In this document: positions 56,960 through 64,000 of the stretch, in pieces | Position numbering within the stretch: the stretch's first letter is position 1 | Layout: the number at the start of each line of letters is the position of its first letter | NCBI GenBank assembly: GCA_027355945.1 | Contig: DAIEHA010000005.1 | Span: 3,067-67,066 of the forward strand | Source of the DNA: Candidatus Parcubacteria bacterium | Lineage (GTDB): Bacteria > Patescibacteriota > Minisyncoccia > UBA6257 > 2-01-FULL-56-20 | Direction: 5' to 3' | DNA: 64,000 nt | Translations under genes and position numbers: made by a program | The notes under the pieces: model-generated | Database searches by the model: none | The model's input: the letters and a program-made list of their open reading frames with translations, nothing else | Told to the model about the DNA's origin: nothing

Positions 56960-57493
56960 ATGATCACCCCTCCGCGCCGGCGCTGGCAGAAAGTCGCATC
57001 CCTCGACGATCATGGGCCGATCCCCCTCACCAAAGAGGCCCACGCACGAATGAAGGCGAGGCTCGCAAGGATCAAGGCGCAGATCCCCGCACTCGCGGAG
57101 GAAGCGGGCGAGACCGCGGCGCTCGGCGACCGTTCCGATAATGCCGCGTACAAGGAGGCGAAATCCCTCCTCCGCCGCGCCCAGCGACAGGTGATCGCAC
57201 TCGAAGACCAGCTTACGAGGATCGTCGAGATCTCCCCGGGAACCGATGCCCACGGTGCCGTGCGGCTCGGCTCGACGGTCACCGTCGCTCTCTCTCCTGT
57301 CGAGGGCGATCCTCACAAGGGGGCCTCTTCCACGTACGTCATCGTCGGACCGTTCGAAACCGACCCTTTGTCGGGCCGTATCTCCCATAAATCCCCCCTT
57401 GGCGCAGCGCTCATCGGCAAGACCGCAGGCGACACCATCACCGTGCCCACCGCCCGGGGCGTACGCCGTTATACCATCATCGCGGTACGTTGA
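56960..57493 (+). CDS. greA: GreA/GreB family transcription elongation factor
   Basis: LT.E, GDRSDNAAYKEAK, V.LGSTV, IVGPFETDP..G.ISHKSPLG.ALIG. Confidence 0.85.
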   Translation: MITPPRRRWQKVASLDDHGPIPLTKEAHARMKARLARIKAQIPALAEEAGETAALGDRSDNAAYKEAKSLLRRAQRQVIALEDQLTRIVEISPGTDAHGAVRLGSTVTVALSPVEGDPHKGASSTYVIVGPFETDPLSGRISHKSPLGAALIGKTAGDTITVPTARGVRRYTIIAVR

Positions 57494-57605
57494 AACGCCG
57501 CAGGAGAAGAAGGATGCCGCACTCCTTCCGGTGGCCGTCAAAATCTCCCCGGCGAGCGCCCCCCTCCTCCCGCAATCCTTCTTCAGGACGTGGTATAATG
57601 GCGGA

Positions 57606-58874
57606 ATGAAATCCCCCGTGCCGCGTACCGCATATGCACGAACCATCGTCACAAGCATCGTCTCCGCAGCCGTGATCACCGCAGCGGGCATTGCGATCAT
57701 GCGATCATCGAAGACGCTCAATGTGGACGGAGGCGACGCCGCGGCGCCCATGAACGCGGTGACGACGACGCCCCAGGCAAAGGGATCGGTTTCTGCAATG
57801 GGGACGTTCGCGAACCCGGCAACCCCTCTCTCCCCGCTCGATGAGGCCGCGTACGACGCAAAGATGCTTGCCCTTGCGCACATCCCCCCTCCTCCGCCGA
57901 TACCGATACGAAAATCGTCCTCCACCGCCTCCTCGACGGCAACGATCCCTTCCGTGGGAACCACGCAAAGCTCCACGGCATCGCTCTCCTCGGCGACCGC
58001 GGATGAGTATCCTCCGTTCGTCATCGCCCCGCCGCGGAACCAGATCGCATCCCTCTGGCCCGTTCCCCTCAACAGGGCACCATATCCGGACGATGGCGCA
58101 CTCCTCCCTTTTGACAGGATCGTCGCATATTATGGGAACCTCTACTCCACGCAGATGGGGGTTCTCGGCGAATATCCCGAGGACCAGATGCTCGCCATGC
58201 TCGCAAGCACCACCGCCATGTGGCAGGCCGCGGATCCCTCCACCCATGTCGTTCCGGCGCTTGATTATATCGCGGTGACGGCCCAGGGAAGCGCCGGTGC
58301 GGATGGGAAATACCGCGCGCGGATGCCCTCCGGCCAGATCGACGAGGTCCTTCGCATGGCAAGCCGCATCAACGGCATCGTGATCCTCGATATCCAAGTG
58401 GGGCAGAGCAACGTGGAGACCGAAGTGCCCCTCTTCGCGCATTATCTTGAGCTTCCCCAAGTGGAGCTCGCACTCGACCCCGAATTCGCCATGCATGATG
58501 GTGCAAAGCCCGGCACCGTGATCGGCACGATGGATGCATCGGATATCAACTGGGCCGCAAATTATCTTGCGAACCTCGTCAACGAATACCATCTTCCTCC
58601 GAAGGTCCTGATCGTCCACCGATTCACCCAGGCCATGGTCACCCATACCGCGGACATCACGCCGCTCCCCCAGGTCCAGATCGTCATGGATATGGATGGA
58701 TTCGGTTCGGAGATGAGGAAGTTGAACACTTATTATTCCGTGATCGAACCCGAACCCGTGCAATTCACCGGATTCAAGCTTTTTTACAAGAACGATACGG
58801 ATGCCGGCCACCTCATGACGCCGCAGGATGTGCTCCGCCTCAGCCCCCAGCCAAGCTTCATCCAATATCAATAA
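57606..58874 (+). CDS. Membrane-anchored protein with conserved TIM-barrel-like extracellular domain
   Basis: TM helix, S/T/P linker, RIVAYYG, ILDIQVG, LALDPEF, LIVHRFT, DGFG, GFKLFY; TGGTATAAT 6 nt upstream. Confidence 0.8.
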   Translation: MKSPVPRTAYARTIVTSIVSAAVITAAGIAIMRSSKTLNVDGGDAAAPMNAVTTTPQAKGSVSAMGTFANPATPLSPLDEAAYDAKMLALAHIPPPPPIPIRKSSSTASSTATIPSVGTTQSSTASLSSATADEYPPFVIAPPRNQIASLWPVPLNRAPYPDDGALLPFDRIVAYYGNLYSTQMGVLGEYPEDQMLAMLASTTAMWQAADPSTHVVPALDYIAVTAQGSAGADGKYRARMPSGQIDEVLRMASRINGIVILDIQVGQSNVETEVPLFAHYLELPQVELALDPEFAMHDGAKPGTVIGTMDASDINWAANYLANLVNEYHLPPKVLIVHRFTQAMVTHTADITPLPQVQIVMDMDGFGSEMRKLNTYYSVIEPEPVQFTGFKLFYKNDTDAGHLMTPQDVLRLSPQPSFIQYQ

Positions 58875-58878
58875 CAAA

Positions 58879-58904
58879 AATGCGGCACGATATCGTGCCG
58901 CATT
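58879..58904. terminator. Perfect 26-bp palindrome / terminator
   Basis: AATGCGGCACGATATCGTGCCGCATT, preceded by an A-run. Confidence 0.65.
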
Positions 58905-58984
58905 CATCGGTCGAACGCCATATTCCTTGTTGAGGAAAGTTAGGTTTCAGATATTCCCATCCGCGCGTCCCCGTGGAAGGCGCA

Positions 58985-59134
58985 TCATGCCGTCACCGGG
59001 AGCATATGACGCTGCTGGGCTATCCTCATAAGCGTCCGGAAAAGCTCCGATTCCACCTCAAGAACCGCCTTGATCTCCCTCAGGTCCTTAAGCAATCGTA
59101 AATGGGTCCGCGGTGCATCGTATCGAGTGATCAT
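58985..59134 (-). CDS. Possible 49-aa helical small protein
   Basis: MITRYDAPRTHLRLLKDLREIKAVLEVESELFRTLMRIAQQRHMLPVTA*; TTGACA and AT-rich sequence upstream. Confidence 0.4.
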   Translation of the reverse strand: MITRYDAPRTHLRLLKDLREIKAVLEVESELFRTLMRIAQQRHMLPVTA

Positions 59135-59290
59135 GGGTGTGAAAACTTGGATCGTTTATTCCCGACCTTTCATGATTATTATTACGATCGTCGCTCTCAA
59201 AATATTACTTTTCCCATACGGGAAACAGATCGCTTTCTCTTGTCAATAAGCCGGGCCGTTCCTTTCTCTCGATCGCACCGCAGCAGATCC

Positions 59291-60787
59291 TCAGTCGAGC
59301 ACCATCACATGCTCACCGCCCCCCGCCTCTTCGCGCGGCGTACGGATGAGGAATGCGGCGAATGCTCCCACGATGATGATCCATGCAGCCACCTCGAATA
59401 CCGTGGCATATGCCGCAATCTGCGCCTTCAACTCGATGAGCGCGATGAATTGCTGGGTTATCTGCTCCCCGGTGCCATGCAAGAAGCTGTGGGTCGATAT
59501 CGCAAGCACGTTCGCGCTCGTTGCGACGCTGAGAAGCGTGCTGAAGATGGCCGTCCCGAATGCCCCTGCGATATTCCTCACGAGGGCAAGCACCGCCGAC
59601 GCTTCCCCGATATCCTCATGAGGCACGGCGACGGCGACGAGGTTCGTCCTCTGCGCCATCCCGAATCCGAGACCGAACGCCATGATCGACATGGGTATCA
59701 TGAGATCGAGCGCACTCGAACGGGCATCGACCCTCGTAAGAAGGAACATGCCGAACCCCGCGACAAGCGTGCTTGAGAATATCACGGTACTGGGCTTCAC
59801 CTTCCCGATGAGCCTCCCTCCGAGCGGCGATGCCGCCATCATCGCGACCGCAAGCGGGATGAATAGATACCCTGTCTGCGTGGCGTCATACCCGAGGAAC
59901 GTTTCAGCGAATATCGGCACAAGGAATATCGATCCGACGAACCCCATGAATACGATGAAATTGTTGATAAGGGTGTTCACGAAGAGGCCTATCTTGAAGA
60001 AGCCGAGATCCACGATGGGGTCCTGCTGATACCGTTCGACGAGATAAAACAGCACGCCGAACACCACGGTGCTCAGATACCAGAAGATGCTCGTTCCCGA
60101 GGTCCAACCCCATGACTGGCCCTGGTCGAGTACGAGGGTAAGCCCGAAGAGTGCCATGGCAAGCATCACGGACCCCCACCAGTCGAATCGCACATGCTTC
60201 TTTTCGCCCACCGATTCATCGATGAACGTGAGGGCGAGAAAAAGACCTATGATGCCGAGCGGGATATTGATGAAGAACACCGAGCGCCAGTTGAAATTAT
60301 CGATGAGCGGACCGCCGATGAGGGGGCCGAACACCGATGCGGCGGCGAACGCCGAGGACCATATGCCGAGGGCCTGTGCCCGTTCCTTCATGTCGCGGAA
60401 CGTCACCGCAAGGATGGCCATCGCGGTGGGATAATCCGCAGATACCGCGAACCCCTGGATCACGCGGAACACGAGCATCGACGTGAGATTCCATGCGACC
60501 GCACACAGACCCGAGGCGATCGTAAACCCTATGAACCCTATGAGATAGATGCGCTTGCGGCCCGCAGTATCGCCGAGCTTGCCCCATACGGGCACGAACA
60601 CCGCGTTCGCGAGAATGTATGCCGTTGAGATCCATGCCGCAGCCGTCACACTGATGCCGAAATCACCGATGATCTTCGGTAACGCAAGGTTCACCACCGT
60701 TTGATCGAGGCGGCCGAGGAACGTCCCGAATATCACGGTAAAAAGGACCCACCATCGCAGGTTATCTTTCTTCGGCGCCTCGTTCAC
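59291..60787 (-). CDS. DHA2 (EmrB/QacA) MFS efflux permease
   Basis: LDQTVVNLALP, WISTAY, GKLGD..GRKR, RVIQG, GPLIGG, WRSVFFINIP; GTG start overlapping the upstream TAG (60805 is an alternative start). Confidence 0.93.
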   Translation of the reverse strand: MNEAPKKDNLRWWVLFTVIFGTFLGRLDQTVVNLALPKIIGDFGISVTAAAWISTAYILANAVFVPVWGKLGDTAGRKRIYLIGFIGFTIASGLCAVAWNLTSMLVFRVIQGFAVSADYPTAMAILAVTFRDMKERAQALGIWSSAFAAASVFGPLIGGPLIDNFNWRSVFFINIPLGIIGLFLALTFIDESVGEKKHVRFDWWGSVMLAMALFGLTLVLDQGQSWGWTSGTSIFWYLSTVVFGVLFYLVERYQQDPIVDLGFFKIGLFVNTLINNFIVFMGFVGSIFLVPIFAETFLGYDATQTGYLFIPLAVAMMAASPLGGRLIGKVKPSTVIFSSTLVAGFGMFLLTRVDARSSALDLMIPMSIMAFGLGFGMAQRTNLVAVAVPHEDIGEASAVLALVRNIAGAFGTAIFSTLLSVATSANVLAISTHSFLHGTGEQITQQFIALIELKAQIAAYATVFEVAAWIIIVGAFAAFLIRTPREEAGGGEHVMVLD

Positions 60788-61485
60788 TATTGTGTATATA
60801 CCCAAATACGGGCGCTCATGCCGTTCTTCAACTGCGGATATTGGGTTGGATCGAAGCGCACCTTCACCGCGAACTGCTGCGTCGGACGCTGATCCGATAT
60901 GTTGAACACCACACTCCCCGACTCCGCGGTCGGCGCTACCTCATCAACGATGCCTTTGAAGATCTGGGATCCGAATGCATCCACCGTGAAGGTGGCGGGG
61001 TCGCCGACCCTTACCGAAGAAAGTCCCTTGTTCTCATCGAGGTTCCCCACCACGCGAAGCTGGGTGGGATCGATCATCGTCGCCACCGTGCCCTGTCCCG
61101 TCATTACGTTCATATACTGCCCGATATTATCGTTCACCGAGACGATCTCGCCGGCGGTCTTTGCCTTCACGATCTCATCGCCCACCTGCGCGATAGGCTC
61201 GTTTTCCGTCACCATATCGCCATCCTGCACGTAGACCGCCTCAAGCACCCCTGAATTCACCGGGGAAAGGTCGATGAGTGGCGCCTCGATCTGGGATTGA
61301 TCGATATAGACGGTCTTGCCGCTCACGTACCAATAAAGACCGCCTCCCAGCGCGCCGACGATCGCGATCGCCACTAGGACCCACGCCATCGCCTTGGTGC
61401 GTCCGCTCTTCTTCTCCGCCTCCTTCCTTTCCGATCCCTTCCGTTCCGCTTCGGTGTGTTCCTGCCCCTTTTCGTGATCGCTCAT
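60787..61485 (-). CDS. EmrA/HlyD-like adaptor lacking the coiled-coil hairpin
   Basis: TM helix, adjacent lipoyl halves (VQDGDMV...VKAKTAG), TVDAF, GIV..VAP, L..GMSA. Confidence 0.85.
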   Translation of the reverse strand: MSDHEKGQEHTEAERKGSERKEAEKKSGRTKAMAWVLVAIAIVGALGGGLYWYVSGKTVYIDQSQIEAPLIDLSPVNSGVLEAVYVQDGDMVTENEPIAQVGDEIVKAKTAGEIVSVNDNIGQYMNVMTGQGTVATMIDPTQLRVVGNLDENKGLSSVRVGDPATFTVDAFGSQIFKGIVDEVAPTAESGSVVFNISDQRPTQQFAVKVRFDPTQYPQLKNGMSARIWVYTQ

Positions 61486-61499
61486 GGAAATGATAATTG

Positions 61500-63038
61500 T
61501 TAGAAATTGACTATGCGGTCGCCCGCCTGGATCCCTGATACGATCTCGGTCATGCCGTCATTCCCCTGGATCCCAGCCACCACGGGCTTTTGCTGCGTGC
61601 CGGATCCCTGGGGCACCAGTACGAAAGTGCTGCTTCCGTTCGTGATCACGAGGTTCGTAGGCACCTCCACGACGCCATCATGCTCCGCTTCGATGATCCG
61701 TACGTTCCCCGTCATGCCGTCCCGCACGCCCGAAGGCATTCCGGTGAAATGGAGCGTCACAAGATATGCGGGCGAGCCGTTCACCATGGTCTCCCCGGGA
61801 TCGATCGTCGTCACCGTCGCGGGGAACGTCGTCCCTGTTCCGAATGCATCGAGCGTGACTGCCGCCTTGTCCCCCGTCTTCATATCCGCGATGTCGGTCT
61901 GCGGCACGTAGGCCTCGATCTTGAGGCCGCTCTGATTCACAAGCGTGAGGATCGGCGCCCCTGGAGCAACGACCTGTCCCACCTCGGCGGTAAGGCCTTG
62001 CACCGTCCCGGAGAACGGCGCGAGAAGCGTTGCGTGATCGAGCGCAACCTGGGCGCTCGCCGCGACCGCCTCGGCCTGCTGCACCCCGGCGTTCGCCTGA
62101 TCCACCGCCGCCTGTTGCGCTTCGATATCCTGGGATGTTGACCCCGCCTGTGCAAGGGCAAGGGCATCTTTCGCCCCGGACAAGGCGGATTCGTCCGCGG
62201 TATCCGTGCCGATCGCAGCCTCCACCTCGGCCCGCGCCGTGGCCACATATGCCTTGTCGGCGGCAAGCTCGGTCGGTCCAAGAACCACCGAAGCGGTTGC
62301 CCCGTTCACCGCAAGCGAGATCTCATTGAGATACGAATCGATCTCCGCAAGCGTCGCATCGGCCTCGGAAGAAAGGAGTGTCGCGTCGGTACTGCTCGCA
62401 GAAATATTGCCATACCACTTCACGAGCGCCGATCCGATCGCCACGCGTTGCGACCCTATGTCGTTCGTGGCCTGGGAGTTCGACGTCGGCACGAGAAATA
62501 GAGGGTTGTTCGTCTTTGGATTTGAAAAAAGATTGTCGGTCTGGTTCTCGATGGCATCATCGGCTGCACTGTACGCGTTGCCGATCGCCACGAGGAGCGC
62601 GCTCCTGCTGCTCGAGACCGTATTCTCGTCGATCAGAAGCTGTTCCGGCCGCGTGCCGCTCGTAAGGCCATCGAGCTTCGCCTGCGCCGCCGCTGCCGCA
62701 GCCTTGGCTGCCGTCACCGCAGCGCTCGCCTGCTGCACGGACGCCGCAAGCTGGGAGGTATCGAGCGCCGCAAGCACCTGCCCCGACGCAACCACGCTCC
62801 CTTCATGCACATCCACCGTCGCAATCTGTCCGGCCTCTTGGAATGCGACCCCCGCACTCTGCTCGGTCATGACGTTCGCGGATTCATTCAAGGATTCCAC
62901 CACGTTCCCCGTCCCCACTTTCACCGATGCGAATGCCGGCGCGTTCGCCGATTGCACATACCACCACACCCCGCCAAGCACGAGCACTGCCGCGATCGCG
63001 ATGACCGCGGCGCGATATTTCATTAAAAGTTCCTTCAT
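61500..63038 (-). CDS. Efflux periplasmic adaptor (MacA/HlyD family) with long coiled coil
   Basis: Paralog of 14114-15697; GQIA.VDV.EG, LLAPFSG.V, VPQTDI, GMTEIVSGI. Confidence 0.88.
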   Translation of the reverse strand: MKELLMKYRAAVIAIAAVLVLGGVWWYVQSANAPAFASVKVGTGNVVESLNESANVMTEQSAGVAFQEAGQIATVDVHEGSVVASGQVLAALDTSQLAASVQQASAAVTAAKAAAAAAQAKLDGLTSGTRPEQLLIDENTVSSSRSALLVAIGNAYSAADDAIENQTDNLFSNPKTNNPLFLVPTSNSQATNDIGSQRVAIGSALVKWYGNISASSTDATLLSSEADATLAEIDSYLNEISLAVNGATASVVLGPTELAADKAYVATARAEVEAAIGTDTADESALSGAKDALALAQAGSTSQDIEAQQAAVDQANAGVQQAEAVAASAQVALDHATLLAPFSGTVQGLTAEVGQVVAPGAPILTLVNQSGLKIEAYVPQTDIADMKTGDKAAVTLDAFGTGTTFPATVTTIDPGETMVNGSPAYLVTLHFTGMPSGVRDGMTGNVRIIEAEHDGVVEVPTNLVITNGSSTFVLVPQGSGTQQKPVVAGIQGNDGMTEIVSGIQAGDRIVNF

Positions 63039-63487
63039 CGATTGGTTTTCGTTATTTTCCTGAGGATATCCGCGAACATGGCTCGCTCTTCGGGGGCGAG
63101 GACGGCAAAGGCCTTCTTCATCTCCCGCACCCGTCGCGCCATGCCCTTTGCAAGCAGCAACCGTCCCTTCTTCGTAAGCGCGATGCGCACCGAGCGTCGG
63201 TCTGACGGATCCAATGCCCGGGCAAGCAATTTTTCGCGCACAAGGCCCGCAATGAGAAGGGTCGCTGCGGGAGGCGTGACATGGAACTTCCTTGCAATCT
63301 CGCTCATGAGCGGGCGCCCTTCTCGTTCCACATAGCGCAGGGCTTCCAGCTCGAGAAGCGTGCATTTTCCGTGATCGATCCCCTTATGCATCCGCTCCTT
63401 GAGGGATTGCCCCATCAGGAACACGAGGGACACTATCTCGGAAAGGTCCGCCTGCCTCTGCGTATGTTTTACCACGCGGGAAGGCAT
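63035..63487 (-). CDS. MarR family transcriptional regulator
   Basis: MSEIA..FHVTPPAAT..I..LV...L.R..DPSDRRSV.I.LT.KG. Confidence 0.92.
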   Translation of the reverse strand: MPSRVVKHTQRQADLSEIVSLVFLMGQSLKERMHKGIDHGKCTLLELEALRYVEREGRPLMSEIARKFHVTPPAATLLIAGLVREKLLARALDPSDRRSVRIALTKKGRLLLAKGMARRVREMKKAFAVLAPEERAMFADILRKITKTNR

Positions 63488-63507
63488 TTATTTATATAAA
63501 TTAAATA

Positions 63508-63551
63508 TTAGTATACTTAACTATTTTACGCCTCCTTCAGGCGGAGGTCAA
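63508..63551 (-). promoter_or_regulatory. marR promoter (TTGACC-17-TAAAAT) and adjacent operator
   Basis: -35 at 63546-63551, -10 at 63523-63528; TTAGTATACTTAACTAT (63508-63524) with AGTATACT palindromic core. Confidence 0.7.
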
Positions 63552-63580
63552 GCACGTGGGCAAACAAAAAACGGCACTTT

Positions 63581-63695
63581 GATGTCGGCACATCCTACTT
63601 TCCCCATAAAATGAGTATCATCGGATCGAGGCGCTTTCACTTCTCTGTTCGGAATGGGAAGAGGTGGGGGCACGCCCGAATAAAGCACCGACATC
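63581..63695 (-). rRNA. rrf: 5S ribosomal RNA
   Basis: GATGTCGG/CCGACATC terminal stem, CCCATTCCGAAC, GAAGTGAAA, CGATGATACT, GGGAAAGTAG. Confidence 0.93.
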
Positions 63696-63841
63696 AAAAA
63701 GCCGTTTTCCGGTTCACAGAGGGACGCTATGCGTCTCTGGGAATCAAAAAAGTCCTTTTTGAGTAGATCGCTGTTCCGTTCTGTTTTGAGGGATCGAGAT
63801 CTCCCGCAAAACAGAACGGAACAACGTATGCAAGTCAGCAT

Positions 63842-64000
<159 letters not shown>

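Overview
GC-rich (roughly 60% by eye) bacterial chromosome segment using the standard code (TGA is a stop). The gene content suggests a Patescibacteria/CPR (Parcubacteria-like) organism, which is an inference: short EF-Ts, alpha2-type GlyRS, split ComEC, several pilin-like genes, scattered cell-wall genes, no central metabolism, and pervasive leaderless promoters. Core genes include comEC parts, ftsW, murG, gltX, murC, pepA, rseP, frr, holB, mreB, murA, glyQS, recO, uppP, tsf, rpsB, mraY, a D,D-carboxypeptidase, scpAB, dnaX and a GreA-family factor. RNA genes are tRNA-Tyr, tRNA-Gln, 5S rRNA and the 3' end of 23S rRNA. There are three efflux clusters and many orphan membrane or secreted proteins. 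Most notable: (1) three type IV prepilin genes sharing an identical 56-nt block and a common pilin scaffold but carrying different C-terminal adhesin-like domains; (2) an ArsR-controlled thiol/redox operon with two unusual gene fusions and a 12-2-12 operator; (3) a symmetric 11-6-11 dif-like site; (4) a 17-bp motif shared by two efflux promoters about 49 kb apart; (5) two adjacent probable pseudoenzymes upstream of ftsW; (6) a ~95-nt three-way-junction structure. I saw no CRISPR array, transposase, integrase or reverse transcriptase. Family assignments come from motif recognition, not database searches.
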